The notes under the pieces were generated by a model. It did not search any database. It was not told where the DNA came from and saw nothing but the letters and a program-made list of their open reading frames with translations. A program made the translations under genes and the position numbers. Shown in pieces: positions 1 through 12,100 of a stretch of 64,000 nucleotides of DNA (positions are counted from its first letter, which is position 1; every line of letters begins with the position of its first letter). Origin of the DNA: Microcoleus sp. (GTDB lineage Bacteria; Cyanobacteriota; Cyanobacteriia; Cyanobacteriales; Microcoleaceae); contig CP181291.1 in the NCBI GenBank assembly GCA_052279835.1, positions 5,056,001-5,120,000 on the forward strand. Reading direction: 5' to 3'.

Positions 1-199
1 CGGCCATAGTCTCAGCAATACTACCAGCAATTGCAGCTAAGATCGAAACTCCTCCAAGTGCGATCGGGCCGCCCATCATCCCCGCTGCTGCTTGTGTTCC
101 CGGATTGGCGATCGCACTTGAAATAAGTTGCCCTACAGCCATCACCGCACTGCATCCAATCACCCGAACTTTTGTATTAGCTAAATCAACTAACGACAT
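1..199 (-). CDS. Partial CDS running off the left edge; hypothetical protein with Gly/Ala-rich hydrophobic N-terminus
   Basis: Manual translation from ATG at 199: MSLVDLANTKVRVIGCSAVMAVGQLISSAIANPGTQAAAGMMGGPIALGG..., open to position 1. Confidence 0.55.
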   Translation of the reverse strand, partial: MSLVDLANTKVRVIGCSAVMAVGQLISSAIANPGTQAAAGMMGGPIALGGVSILAAIAGSIAETMA

Positions 200-296
200 A
201 ATTTAAACAATTCCCATATTTTGCCATAGTTTAGCGCGGGAAGATAATTAAATACAAGGATAATTTACCGGATTAACCAGAGACTTTAAATGCTCT

Positions 297-474
297 TGTC
301 CCCCCCTTATTAAGGGGGGCTAGGGGGGATCTGCGGGTTTTCAACTGAAGACTGAAACCCTCTGTATCTCTCGTTTGTATCGAAGTCTAGATCCCCCTAA
401 ATCCCCCTTAAGAAGGGGGACTTTGAGAATGCTTCCAGTCTACCCTTGTAGGGGCAGTGCCCCCGTGCCTGCCC
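297..474. repeat. Cluster of short palindromic dispersed repeats: an inverted pair of CCCCCTTAnnAAGGGGG units plus a GTAGGGGC REP-like hairpin
   Basis: 297-332 and 389-422 are imperfect inverted copies; 447-474 TGTAGGGGCAGTGCCCCCGTGCCTGCCC recurs nearly identically at 1347-1374. Confidence 0.75.
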
Positions 475-767
475 TCAAGGCGCCGGGGGGATCTCCAGGT
501 TGTCAACCCCCAACACCCCCCACTCACCGATTTGTAAACTTTTTTATCAACCCGATCGCATAGCTTTTATTTGATAGATAATATGAGGTTATTTATTTTT
601 AGCTACCCACAGATTGCACCAAAAAAAGTTTACCTTTCTTTACAAATAACCACAAAAAACACCGTATAAAACAAAAATTTCCTGACAGACTTTAAATGCG
701 TCGCGCGATCGACTAAAGTGAAAAAAATGGCTTGATCCGTTTATTCATCGCAAAGGAAAAAAAGCTC

Positions 768-1139
768 ATGGTTCAACGCGGTTCTACAGTTCGGATTCTC
801 CGCAAAGAATCCTATTGGTATCAAGATGTGGGCACCGTTGCTACGGTAGACCAAAGCGGCATTAAATACCCAGTGATCGTTCGCTTTAACAACGTAAATT
901 ATGCCGGTGTCAACACCAACAACTTCGCCCAAAGCGAATTAGTGGAAGTGTCACCACCCAAAGCCAAAGCCAAAACAACAGCTACCGGCGGCAAGCAAAC
1001 CACCCTCGACGAGAAAACCCGCAAAACCGGCAGTGGCGGCGCGCCCCAGCAGCCGAAAACTTCCGCCGACAGCAAGCCCGGAACAGAAGTTCCAGGCACT
1101 GTCGAAGGAGCCCCCAATCAAGGAACAGAACAGCGCTAA
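768..1139 (+). CDS. psaE: Photosystem I subunit IV (PsaE) with C-terminal low-complexity extension
   Basis: [53 protein letters not shown] is canonical PsaE; ATG at 768 follows AAGGA. Confidence 0.95.
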   Translation: MVQRGSTVRILRKESYWYQDVGTVATVDQSGIKYPVIVRFNNVNYAGVNTNNFAQSELVEVSPPKAKAKTTATGGKQTTLDEKTRKTGSGGAPQQPKTSADSKPGTEVPGTVEGAPNQGTEQR

Positions 1140-1141
1140 TT

Positions 1142-2081
1142 GTGCCAGAAACTGCCAGAAGTAGAAACTATTTGCCGGGGGCTAAATCATCTCACCCTCG
1201 ATCGACCAATATGGGGCGGAGACGTGCTTTTAGAGAGCTCGATCGCCCGCTCCATCTCTGCGACCGATTTTTTGACAAAACTCAAAGGAAAGTCGATCGA
1301 GCGGTGGTACAGACGCGGCAAATACCTCCTGGCAGAACTATCTCAATGTAGGGGCGGTGCCCCCGTGCCCGCCCAGACCGTACTTCCTTCAACATCCCCA
1401 CTTGGGGGGGGCTGGGGGGGGTTGACTTCTTCTGTCTTCCTTCCTTCCCAAACTGGCTGGTTGGGAGTTCACCTGCGGATGACAGGTCAACTTCTGTGGG
1501 TGAATCAATCGGAACCGCTACCAAAACACACGCGAGTTAGGTTGTTGCTGGAGGGAAACCAAGAATTGCGGTTTGTAGACCAACGCACCTTCGGGCAAAT
1601 GTGGTATGTACCCCCGGAAACAGAGGTTTCCAGCGTCATCACCGGCCTCAAACTGTTGGGTCCAGAACCATTTTCAGCAGATTTTTCCATAGCATATTTT
1701 GCGCAAAAGCTACACCGACGGGCGCGACCAATTAAAACAGCGTTGCTAGACCAGTCTCTAGTGGCGGGTTTGGGCAATATTTACGCTGATGAAGCTTTGT
1801 TTGTGTCCGGGGTTTTGCCCACAACTCTGTGCGCTGATTTGACAGCAGACCAAATTGAGCGCATCCATGCAGCTATTATTCAAGTTTTGCAAAAGGCGAT
1901 CGCCTCTGGTGGCACTACTTTCAGCAATTTTCTCAACGTCCAAGGGGTAAACGGCAACTATGGGGGTGTTGCTTGGGTATATAACCGCAAAGGCCAACCT
2001 TGTCGCGCTTGCAGTACACCGATCGAACGGATAAAATTAGCAGGGCGATCGACTCATTTCTGCCCCGTTTGTCAAACATAG
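1142..2081 (+). CDS. mutM: Formamidopyrimidine-DNA glycosylase; apparent +1 frameshift after codon 3 and a repeat-derived in-frame insertion
   Basis: LPEVET, RRGKYL, HLRMTG, GLGNIYADEALF and C-terminal zinc finger; GTG CCA GAA A CTG places the canonical start out of frame. Confidence 0.9.
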
Positions 2082-2247
2082 GAAGAAGTCAATGGATTTT
2101 AGATTGACTTCACTCAAATACTGGTTTTATTCCTCAGTCCGCGCAGGCGGACTTCGTTTATGTAGAAGCGATTTCAATCGCCGAGTAACTTTAAAGGCAA
2201 ATCTAGATTAAAATTTGTATAGTTTTTTAAACTAAACAAAGCAAGTC

Positions 2248-2463
2248 ATGGCAATTAAAAAAGGTAGCATAGTCCGCGCCCTACGCGAAAAATTGGAAAA
2301 TAGTTTGGAAGCAAAAGCCAGCGATCGACGCTTTTCCTCCTATATATTTGAAACTAAGGGCGAAGTGCTCGATGTTCGTGGTGACTATGCCTTCGTCAAA
2401 TTTGGCAAAGTCCCTACCCCAAATATTTGGCTCCGGGTAGACCAACTCGAAGATTTCAACTAA
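2248..2463 (+). CDS. ndhO: NDH-1 complex subunit O
   Basis: 71 aa; KKGxx[15 protein letters not shown] and [16 protein letters not shown] are typical of NdhO. Confidence 0.9.
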   Translation: MAIKKGSIVRALREKLENSLEAKASDRRFSSYIFETKGEVLDVRGDYAFVKFGKVPTPNIWLRVDQLEDFN

Positions 2464-2469
2464 TTTTAA

Positions 2470-2578
2470 CTGGTTCCCACGCTCTGCCTGGGAAACCATA
2501 CCCACAGGCTCTGCCTCGCTTGGGAAATTGGAGGCAGAGCCGACCCATCTGCGTTCCCAGGCTCTTCCTGGGAACGAG
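2470..2578. repeat. REP/MITE-like composite palindromic repeat (GTTCCCAGGC...GCCTGGGAAC and GGCTCTGCCTC...GAGGCAGAGCC family)
   Basis: Three hairpins; related copies at 18257-18398, 58261-58369 and a single hairpin at 60964-60984. Confidence 0.8.
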
Positions 2579-2630
2579 TAAACGAGTAATAAGTAAAATC
2601 TAACATCCAAAATCTCAAATCTAAAATAGA

Positions 2631-3608
2631 ATGACTTCTATCAATTCCAGTACCTCAAATTGTCCATCAACTCGCGTCTCAATTATTGGTGCAGGGAAAG
2701 TTGGCAGTACCTTAGCCCAGCGGATAGCTGAAAAAAATCTGGCTGATGTGGTATTGCTCGATATTGTGGAAGGTTGGCCCCAGGGTGTAGCTTTGGATTT
2801 GATGCAAGCAAGGGGTGTAGAACGACACGATCGCCAAATTATCGGTACAAACCACTATGCTGATACTGCTAACTCAAACATCATCGTCATTACCGCAGGT
2901 ATACCACGCAAGCCCGGTATTAATCGCGAAGATTTAATTAAAATCAATGCTAAAATTGTTACTGAAGCCGCACAACAGGCGATCGCCTATTCCCCCGAAG
3001 CAATCTTAATCGTAGTCACCAATCCCCTCGATGTCATGACCTATTTAGCCTGGGAAGCTACGGGTTTACCAAAACACCGAGTCATGGGTATGGCAGGAAT
3101 TCTCGACTCATCCCGCTTCCAAACTTTTATTGCCATGGAATTGGGTATTTCTATTGCTGAAGTGAATGCCACCGTCCTCGGTTCTCATGGAGATTTGATG
3201 GTTCCTTTACCCCGCTATTCTACAGTCAATGGTATTCCCATTAGTCAACTTATGGATGCAAGGACGATCGCACGTTTAGTCGATCGGACCCGTCACGGAG
3301 GCGCAGAAATAGTCACTTTAATGAAAACTTCTAGTGCCTATTTTGCACCAGCCTCTTCTGTTTCTGTAATGATAGAATCAATCCTCTTGAATCAGTCTCG
3401 AATATTGCCTTGCTGCGTTTATTTGCAGGGTCAATACGGCGTACAAGATATGTTTTTAGGTGTTCCCTGTCGCTTGGGATATCAGGGTGTGGAACAGGTA
3501 GTAGAACTAGATCTCAGTGATACAGAAAGAGCTGCTTTCATGGAATGTAGCAAATTAGTTTGGCAAAGCATTGAAGAAGCCAAGGCTATCTTGAATCATT
3601 CTGATTAA
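2631..3608 (+). CDS. mdh: Malate dehydrogenase (LDH-like)
   Basis: IIGAGKVG Rossmann motif, ITAGIPRKPG, VTNPLD, LDSSRF, LGSHGD. Confidence 0.92.
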   Translation: MTSINSSTSNCPSTRVSIIGAGKVGSTLAQRIAEKNLADVVLLDIVEGWPQGVALDLMQARGVERHDRQIIGTNHYADTANSNIIVITAGIPRKPGINREDLIKINAKIVTEAAQQAIAYSPEAILIVVTNPLDVMTYLAWEATGLPKHRVMGMAGILDSSRFQTFIAMELGISIAEVNATVLGSHGDLMVPLPRYSTVNGIPISQLMDARTIARLVDRTRHGGAEIVTLMKTSSAYFAPASSVSVMIESILLNQSRILPCCVYLQGQYGVQDMFLGVPCRLGYQGVEQVVELDLSDTERAAFMECSKLVWQSIEEAKAILNHSD

Positions 3609-4001
3609 AAGCCTAGGTTTTTCCGAAAAAATCTGGTATACATCTTAAAATAGCATAAAATACTGGTTGTAGCATAGGTTGCAGGAAGAAGGAAGAGTCA
3701 ATAACAGCAATACTTTCAGCCCTCAAAAATCTCCTAATCGTCAGGGCGGTTGCTATAATAGTTAAAGATAGAAACCCCCGATGCGCTCAGGAGTTTGTTA
3801 ATTGCTAAAATCCTTGATGGGATTGCTTATTGCTTCTTCGTTCCACCTCTGTTATAACCGGTCTGAATCAATTGTCTAATTCTTTTAGGACCAAAGCGCA
3901 GCGGAGGGATTCCCCCCTGGTTGCGCCAATCTATTCGGGTAAGGCACACACCATCCACTATCCCTAAAGTTTTTGCACCACTCATTTAAGCTTACTATCT
4001 A

Positions 4002-4107
4002 ATATCAATTCCTGTCTTCATCGGAATTATTCATTTCTCTCTGATCTCTCTGTGTTCTCTGTGTTCTAGTAAGGTTAAATCATTCCGATGCAACCCGAAA
4101 CGATATA
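4002..4107. repeat. MITE-like element of the ATATCAATTCCGGTTGCATCGGAAT / ACCGCAGAGAACACAGAG family
   Basis: Imperfect terminal inverted repeats; related copies at ~31072-31140, ~35725-35800 and ~58911-58985. Confidence 0.65.
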
Positions 4108-4540
4108 ACAGGGAAAATTAGCTCAAATACCATCGGATCAATTCCCATAAATTGGAGCAAATACGCTACCTAAAGAAGAGTTATTATCACCGTCAGGACG
4201 ATCGCCAATTAAGTTTGCAGTTATCATAGGAATGTGATAATTAAAACAAACACAGATGGTAAAAAATGTCAAAATAAGTAAAATCTAAAATTAAATACCA
4301 TTGATACCTTACCAAATAATCGAGGGCAAAATCAATCACTAAAAGTACAAAAAATGTACGCAGCTTAAAGGACGGTAAAAAATAACACTTGGTAAGATCC
4401 GTATAATTTGCTGGGGAGTAACCGGAAAATCAACAGCAGTTGCTATGAAGTCGCATTATTTACCAAACTCAAATCAAGATCGCTAATTGGGGTGTCGGCT
4501 AAATCTATACCAAACCACACAATAACTAAAGAGATACTAT

Positions 4541-7500
4541 ATGTTTCATCAATACCTGTATAACGAAGTAACCAGCCTGCGGATGAAATTAATTCATCTA
4601 GAAAGAGAAATGCAGTCTCAAACCTGGTTCAAAAAGCTACAAGCATTGATGCGAGTAATTAACAAAATTCGTGAATCCCTAGACTTAGAAACCATATTCA
4701 AAACCACAAGCACAGAAGTCCGGCAACTCCTAAATGCCGATCGCGTCGCCATTTATCGCTTCATCCCCGACTCCCAATGGAACGACGGCGAAATAGTATC
4801 CGAAGACGTACTACCCCAATACAGCCCCTCCCTAGGCGCACAAGTTCACGACCACTGCTTCGGAGAACAATTTGCCGCCAACTACGAAAAAGGCTACGTT
4901 CAAGCTGTCCGTGATATCTATCAAGCGCGATTGAGTCCTTGTCACCTGAAAATTCTCAAACGATTTCAAATCCGAGCAAACTTAGTCGTACCACTTCTGC
5001 AAGGGCAGCATTTGTGGGGATTGCTGTGCATTCACCAGTGTGGCAAACCCCGTGATTGGCAAGAAGACGAAATCGAATTTGCCAAGCAAATAGGAGAACA
5101 CCTAGCGATCGCCATCTACCAAGCCGGACTACACTCGCAAACTCAGCAACAATTAGTAGAAATCGCTCGCACCCAGCAACAACTACGGGAAAGCGAAACA
5201 AGATATCACCAAATCCTCGACTCGATCGGCGACATGGTATTAGTCAAAGGCCCAGAATCAAAAATCGTCTGGGCTAACCAAGCATTCCGCGACTATTACG
5301 GCATGAGTGAAGAAGAAATCGCAGGAATTATAGACGCACCTTTCAATATTCCTGACAATACTATCCAATATATTAAAGATGATACTTTTGTATTTGAAAC
5401 CGGACAAACTCTCCAAATTTCCGAAGAACCGGTCACGCGACACGATGGAGAAGTGCGACTGTTTAGTACAGTAAAAACACCGATTCGCAATGCAGAAGGT
5501 GAGATTACAATGACCGTCGGTGTCTCCCGCGACATGACGGAACGAAAACGATGGGAAGAAGCACTGCAAGCGAGCGAAACCAAATACCGTCGCCTAGTAG
5601 AAACCTCCCAAGACATGATTTGGTCAGTCGATGCCCAAGGTTGCTATACTTTCGTCAACCCAGCAGTTAAATACATCTACGGTTACGAACCAGAAGAAAT
5701 GCTTGGTAGACCTTTCTCTGACTTTGTAGTCCCAGAACAACTTGAGAAAGATTTAGAAGCTTTCGCCCGGTTGCTGATAGGAGAATCCATGGTGGTACAG
5801 CACGAGACTGTGCAAATTGCCAAAGACGGCAGCCTCAAACACTTGATGTTCAATGCGATCGCCCTGTACGATGACACAGGAAACATCCTCGGCACCACAG
5901 GCACGGCTACCGACATTACCGCTCGCAAGCGCGCAGAAGCAGCCTTGCAACACGCCAACGCAGAGCTAGAGCGCAGAGTAGAAGCCCGCACCGCCGAATT
6001 GCGACAGACTTTTGCAGCCCTCAGTGCCAGCGAAGCCAGATTTAGAACCATCGCAGCCACCCTCCCTGGAGCTTTGTTCCAGTTTTGCAGCCGCAACGGA
6101 GTTTGGCAAATTGACTACATGAGCGATCGCATCTTCGATATCAGCGGTGTCACAGCAACAGAAATGATGCGAGATATGAATATATTCATCTCTCGCATCC
6201 ACCCAGATGACTCCCCAGGCTACCTCGCTTCCGTTACCGCAGCCGTAGAAAACCTTTCCCTGTGGCACTACGAAGGACGATTAGTCAAGCCCGACGGCGA
6301 AATTCGCTGGTGGCAGGGTGACTCCATGCCCACCCGCATCGAAAATGGCGAAATCGTATTTTGCGGAGTTTTGCTCGATATCACCGATCGCAAACTGGCA
6401 GAAAGTGGTATTCGCGAAAGCCAACGACAGTTAAAAGAAGCCCAAAGACTAGCCCATGTAGGCAATTGGGAACTCGATGCCACCACCGAAACCGTCACTT
6501 GGTCTGAGGAACTTTTCCGCATCTTCGGACTCGAACCGGCCGCCACAGCACCCACCAGAGCAGAACAAGTCGCTCTGATCCATCCAGAAGATGTGGAATT
6601 GTGGACGAGGGAGGTACAGCGGGGACTTGACTTGGGCATCCCCTTTGATTTTGACTTCCGTCTTTACCGCCCCGATGGTACTCTGCGACACCTCAACGCC
6701 GTCGGTCGCTCTCAAACCGATGCTCATGGCAACGTGGTAAAATTGTTCGGCACGGCGATCGACATTACCGATCGCAAAAACGCTGAAGCAGCCCTGCGAC
6801 AAGCAGCAGTCGAGTTGGAAGACAGGGTGAGCGAACGCACAGCCGAATTGTGGCAAGCAGTCGCCCAGTTAGAACTGGAAATTAGCGATCGCAAAAACGC
6901 TGAAGCAGCAGTCCAAATTTCCGAACAAAACCTACGAACTATATTTAACAATGTCTACGATGCTATCTTCATTCATGATTTAGAAGGTCAAATTCTCGAT
7001 GTTAATAATCGAATGTTAGAAATGTATGGAGTTAGCGCCTCCCAAGCCACTAAACTATCATTTAAAAATGACTATTCCACGACCGAAAATCCCTTTGCAG
7101 AATTTGCAGAAATTTGGCAAAGGGTAATAGCAGGAGAAACAGCCCGCATTGAATGGAAAGCTAGGCGTCCCCATGACAATTCAACATTTGATGCAGAAAT
7201 AGCCTTGTCTCAAATTAATCTCAACGGCAATGTTAGTATCATTGCCAACGTCCGAGATATTAGCGCTCGCAAACTGGCCGAAGCCGAATTGCAACGCACC
7301 CAAAAATTCATGGAATCTGTGCTCCAAACCATACCAGTAGGAGTAGTTGCCAAATCAGCCACAGACTTACGATTTGTACTGTGGAATCCAGCCGCCGAAC
7401 ACTTATTCGGTTTTTCTGCCACAGAAGTTATGGGCAAAAATGATTTTGACTTTTTCCCCAGAGAACAAGCCCAAACTTTTATGAGCAAAGACCGGGAAGT

Positions 7501-9103
7501 TCTCAACAATAGGCAACTTGTAGATATCGCGGAAGAAGAAATTCAAATAGCTACAGGATCATCGCGGATATTTCATACTAAAAAAACCGCAATTGTCGAT
7601 GCCTATGGTCAGCCAGAATATTTATTAGCAATTACCGAAGATGTTACCAATCGCAAGCTAGCAGAACTTAGTTTGAGACGCTCTTCAGCCATACTCAAGC
7701 AGCAAGCCGATCGAGAAAAATTGCTCAATATTCTCATAACTCAAATCCGCAATTCCCTCGACTTTGACAACATCATTGCTGTCGCCGTCAAAGAAATTCA
7801 AGCCTTCATGCAAATTGACCGTTGCAATTTTGCCTGGTATCGCAGCGAACAATCAGAGCCTGTCTGGGAAGTGATTAAAGAATCTCGCAACCCCGAAATT
7901 CCCGATTTTATCGGTTGCTATTCAGCTTCTGAGTTCGGCACTTTAGGAGAAAATCTATTGCGTCTAGAAACAGTGAAAATCGATGACGTTGAATTAGTTA
8001 CAGATCCTATTTGGAAACAGAGGCTCCAATCGATGTGCTATCGATCGCTATTAATCATCCCGATGCAAGCACTGTCGGGGGTAGTCAGTGTGATTAGTTG
8101 CAGCAATAGCAATGCTGTCCGCCCCTGGAGTGATAGCGAAGTAGAATTATTGCAAGCAATTACAGTTCAATTGGCGATCGCCCTCAATCAAGCAGATCTT
8201 TACACTCAAACTCTCAATAAAGCTCGCGAATTAGAACACACATTGGGTAAATTAACTAGCGCTCAATCCCAGTTAGTTCAAAGCGAAAAAATGTCATCTC
8301 TCGGTCAGTTAGTTGCGGGGGTAGCCCACGAGATTAACAACCCAGTTAACTTTATTTACGGCAACCTTAGCCATGCTAACGAATATACCCAAGACTTACT
8401 ACACCTGATCGAACTTTACCAAAACCACTATCCAGAACCAGTACCCGAAATTCAAGAAGAAGTAGAAAATATTGAACTTGATTTTCTCATGGAAGATTTG
8501 CCTAAATTACTGACATCCATGAAAGTCGGTGCCGATCGCATTCAACAAATTGTGGCTTCTCTCCGCACATTTTCTCGCATGGACGAAGCGGAAATGAAAG
8601 CAGTCAACATTCATGAGGGCATAGATAGCACTTTGATGATCTTGCAGCACCGACTTAAAGCTAAACACAATCATCCAGAGATTCCGGTGATTAAAGAATA
8701 CGCTGACTTGCCTTTAGTGGAATGTTATGCGGGACAGTTAAATCAAGTATTTATGAATGTTTTGAGCAATGCTTTAGATGCTTTGGAAGAACGAGATTTG
8801 GGTCGTTCTACTGACGAAATGCGACAAAATCCTAGTATCATCTCCATTAAAACAGAAATGTCCAAACCCGATCGCGTACTCGTCAAGATAGCTGACAATG
8901 GACCTGGAATGCCAGAGAATGTTCGGAATCGACTCTTTGACCCATTTTTTACTACCAAAGCTGTAGGTAAAGGTACTGGAATGGGTTTGTCCATTAGCTA
9001 CCAAATTATTACCGACAGACACGGCGGCTCCCTGCAATGCACTTCTTCCCTAGGAAACGGTGCAGAATTTGCGATCGAGATTCCACTGAAAACTAATTGT
9101 TAA
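4541..9103 (+). CDS. Multi-sensor histidine kinase: N-terminal DXCF cyanobacteriochrome GAF, several PAS/PAC domains, second GAF, HisKA/HATPase
   Basis: HDHCF and LSPCHL motifs in the first GAF; repeated DITxRK PAC ends; AHEINNP H-box; DNGPG and [10 protein letters not shown]-boxes. Confidence 0.9.
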   Translation: MFHQYLYNEVTSLRMKLIHLEREMQSQTWFKKLQALMRVINKIRESLDLETIFKTTSTEVRQLLNADRVAIYRFIPDSQWNDGEIVSEDVLPQYSPSLGAQVHDHCFGEQFAANYEKGYVQAVRDIYQARLSPCHLKILKRFQIRANLVVPLLQGQHLWGLLCIHQCGKPRDWQEDEIEFAKQIGEHLAIAIYQAGLHSQTQQQLVEIARTQQQLRESETRYHQILDSIGDMVLVKGPESKIVWANQAFRDYYGMSEEEIAGIIDAPFNIPDNTIQYIKDDTFVFETGQTLQISEEPVTRHDGEVRLFSTVKTPIRNAEGEITMTVGVSRDMTERKRWEEALQASETKYRRLVETSQDMIWSVDAQGCYTFVNPAVKYIYGYEPEEMLGRPFSDFVVPEQLEKDLEAFARLLIGESMVVQHETVQIAKDGSLKHLMFNAIALYDDTGNILGTTGTATDITARKRAEAALQHANAELERRVEARTAELRQTFAALSASEARFRTIAATLPGALFQFCSRNGVWQIDYMSDRIFDISGVTATEMMRDMNIFISRIHPDDSPGYLASVTAAVENLSLWHYEGRLVKPDGEIRWWQGDSMPTRIENGEIVFCGVLLDITDRKLAESGIRESQRQLKEAQRLAHVGNWELDATTETVTWSEELFRIFGLEPAATAPTRAEQVALIHPEDVELWTREVQRGLDLGIPFDFDFRLYRPDGTLRHLNAVGRSQTDAHGNVVKLFGTAIDITDRKNAEAALRQAAVELEDRVSERTAELWQAVAQLELEISDRKNAEAAVQISEQNLRTIFNNVYDAIFIHDLEGQILDVNNRMLEMYGVSASQATKLSFKNDYSTTENPFAEFAEIWQRVIAGETARIEWKARRPHDNSTFDAEIALSQINLNGNVSIIANVRDISARKLAEAELQRTQKFMESVLQTIPVGVVAKSATDLRFVLWNPAAEHLFGFSATEVMGKNDFDFFPREQAQTFMSKDREVLNNRQLVDIAEEEIQIATGSSRIFHTKKTAIVDAYGQPEYLLAITEDVTNRKLAELSLRRSSAILKQQADREKLLNILITQIRNSLDFDNIIAVAVKEIQAFMQIDRCNFAWYRSEQSEPVWEVIKESRNPEIPDFIGCYSASEFGTLGENLLRLETVKIDDVELVTDPIWKQRLQSMCYRSLLIIPMQALSGVVSVISCSNSNAVRPWSDSEVELLQAITVQLAIALNQADLYTQTLNKARELEHTLGKLTSAQSQLVQSEKMSSLGQLVAGVAHEINNPVNFIYGNLSHANEYTQDLLHLIELYQNHYPEPVPEIQEEVENIELDFLMEDLPKLLTSMKVGADRIQQIVASLRTFSRMDEAEMKAVNIHEGIDSTLMILQHRLKAKHNHPEIPVIKEYADLPLVECYAGQLNQVFMNVLSNALDALEERDLGRSTDEMRQNPSIISIKTEMSKPDRVLVKIADNGPGMPENVRNRLFDPFFTTKAVGKGTGMGLSISYQIITDRHGGSLQCTSSLGNGAEFAIEIPLKTNC

Positions 9104-9119
9104 TCACCCATGTCCATAA

Positions 9120-12100
9120 CTACTCAATCTGTCTGAGCATTTCAGTAATGGCATTACTATCCAAAGGTTTAGAAAACCAATATCCCTGAGCCAGTTCGCA
9201 TTCGAGATCTCGAAGCTGCGCTAACTGTTCGGGTGTTTCAACACCTTCTGCGATCGCCTCCAGTCCCAAATTGTGAGCCAAAGTCACAATCGCCCGCACA
9301 ATTTGTAAATGCTGACCCCGATCGTCACCATTTTTTGTAGGTCCCAAACGACTCACAAAAGAGCGATCGATTTTCAGGGTATCGAGCGGAAAACGGTGCA
9401 AATAACTCAAAGACGAATAGCCCGTACCAAAATCGTCGATCGACAACCGAATATTTTTAGCTTTCAACTGAGAGAGCACAGTATTAGCTTTCTTCACATT
9501 TTCAACGATCGCGCTTTCAGTAATCTCTAATTTTAAACTACTTGGAGCGCAGCCTGTTTCTGCCAAAATTTCATCGATTTGCTCCAACAAGTTGGGCATA
9601 CCTAACTGTTTTGGCGACAGATTAACACTCATTGTTAATTGCCAAGGGTCAATTATTGGTAATCGGTAATTAGGAATTGGGCGTTGGGCATCGGGAATTG
9701 GGCATTGGGCATTGGGCATTGGGCATTGGGCATTAGTAGCTTTCTCTCCCCTCTCCCAATCTCCCCCTCTCCCCCTTCTTCCTTCTTCCTTCCCCCCTTG
9801 GGAGGGGCTGATTCTTCCTTCTTCCTTCCCCCCTTGGGGGGGGATGATTCTTCCTTCTTCCTTCCCCCCTTGGGGGGGGATGATTCTTCCTTCTTCCTTC
9901 CCCCCTTGAGGGGGGGTAATTCTTCCTTCTTCCTTCCCCCCTTGAGGGGGGGTAATTCTTCCTTCTTCCTTCCCCCCTTGAGGGGGGGTAATTCTTCCTT
10001 CTTCCTTCCCCCCTTGGGGGGGGCTGGGGGGGGTGATTCCTTCTTCCTTCATTGACATTAACATTTCTTGCCACTGGCGCAATTGCCTGCAAGATTCCCG
10101 CAATACCCACGCTCCCAGAGGTACAATCAAGCCTGTTTCTTCAGCTACCGGAATAAAAGTAGACGGTGGCACTAGACCCCGAACCGGGTGCTGCCACCGT
10201 ACTAAAGCTTCAAAACCCTCGATCGCACCAGTAACGATCGAAATAATCGGTTGATAGTTAACAATAAAATGGGAACTTTCGTCCTTATTTTTTCCTAATT
10301 CTTCCTTACCAAAAATCGCCAATCGCAGGTCAGTTTCTAACTGCAACAGTGACATAGTTTGGTCGTGCATCGCCAAATTAAACACCTCGTGGCGAGCCTT
10401 ACCCAAAGCTTTAGCACGATACATCGCAATGTCGGCATCCCGCAGCAATTCTTCGGGATGGTGATACAAAGCACTCTGCTCACCGTTCAAATCTTCCTCT
10501 TCTAATGCTTCTACTTCGTCTCTACTAAAAACTATGCCAATGCTAGCGCTGGTGAATACTTCATGACCTTCCAGGTTAAAGGGTATGGTCAATTCTTTTT
10601 GTATTCTGTTAGCTGCTAGGGTGGCATCGCTGAGGTTTTGAATGCGGTCTAGGAGGATGGTAAATTCGTCTCCCCCAAGTCGGGCGACGGTATCAGTAAC
10701 GCGCACGCAATTCTGAAGTCGCTGCGCCAGAGCGATTAACAGTTTGTCACCGAGAATGTGTCCTAGAGAATCATTAACTACTTTGAAGCGGTCTAAATCT
10801 AGGAAGAGGACGGCAAATTTGTAATCGGGAGAATATTGAGAGAGCTGTATAGCTTGTGCTAGTCTATCGATAAATAAGAGGCGGTTTGGCAAACCTGTTA
10901 GTGCGTCGTGAAAGGCATCGTGCAGGAGTTGCTGTTCTACTCGTTTGCGTTCGGTGACGTCTCTGATAATAATTTGGGCGGCGGCTGAGCCTTGATAAGT
11001 AGCGGGTATACCTGCTACTTCCACATCGATGATGGTTCCATCTAGGCGCAGCAATTTTTCTTCCGCCAGTTCGATCGGTCTATTTTCTTCCTCCACTTTC
11101 CGAATCCGCTCTCTGGCGATTTCTACATAGCTGGGATGGACGAAATGCAACACCGGAAAGCCGATGAGCGCGGATGGAGAGCTAGCGCCGAGGAGTTTTG
11201 CGCCCGCTGCGTTGATATAGGCGATTTTACCTTGACAGTGAACGGCGATCGCTTCTGGAGAGAGTTCGACTAGACGGCGGTAGCGTTCTTCACTTTCTTG
11301 GAGAGATACTATCAACTCCGATCGCTCTTTTTCTGCTTGCTGGCGTTCAATTTCCATCCTGTGAGCCGCCAGAAATTTACCCAGGCTTTGAGCCATCAAT
11401 TCTATAATTTCTCTTTCCTGGGATGCAAAATTTTTATGTCTGACTTCTCTGGAACAAAAACTCAAAGTACCATAGATTTTATTATTAACAAATATAGGTG
11501 TGCCGATGTAGGATTCCAGACCCAATTTTTGATAAATTGGATGGTCGTCCCGATCGAGTAGTTCTCTGATGTGAGAACAGGCCATTGTTTTTTTGAACTT
11601 AATCACTGCATCACAGTAAGTATCCTCCAGCTTTAATTCTAATCCCGGAGCTAAAAATTCTAATTCTGTCTTGGCAGACCTAATTATAAAAGATTGATTT
11701 TCCACTTTAGCAATGATGCCAATAGCCAGACCAAAAATCAAACAACCCGCGGTTAGATAATCATCAACCAGTTCTTGAAAATTTTGATAATTATAGGTAG
11801 TAATTCGATGTAAATGTTTGAGATTGGCACTAAAAGTAGCTAGATCTTGAGATTTTGAGTATAATTCTTCTTCGGCTTTTTGACGGTCTGTGACATCTGT
11901 TTGAACCCCAATAAAGTGGGTCAAGTGTCGTCGCGAGTTGTACACCGGAGCAATAGAAAGTTCGTTCCAAAAAGGCGTGCCATCTTTCCGAAAGTTACGC
12001 AAAATAACTTGGCATTCTTTGCCTTGTTCAATAGATTTTCGCAGTTTTTTAACAGAGGCTGGATTAGTGCCTTTGCCCTGTAAGAATCGGCAATTTTTAC

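Noticed and set aside
375..563. 62-aa ORF, and similar short ORFs at 2281-2610, 9684-10110, 27129-27323 and 35480-35812
   Set aside because: They are translations of dispersed repeats or shadows of real genes
4344..4359. AGTAC-N7-GTAC as an NtcA or LexA box
   Set aside because: Spacing fits neither GTA-N8-TAC nor the cyanobacterial LexA consensus
9775..10030. Possible CRISPR array (36-bp palindromic repeats)
   Set aside because: Units are head-to-tail with no unique spacers, lie inside an ORF, and no cas genes are present
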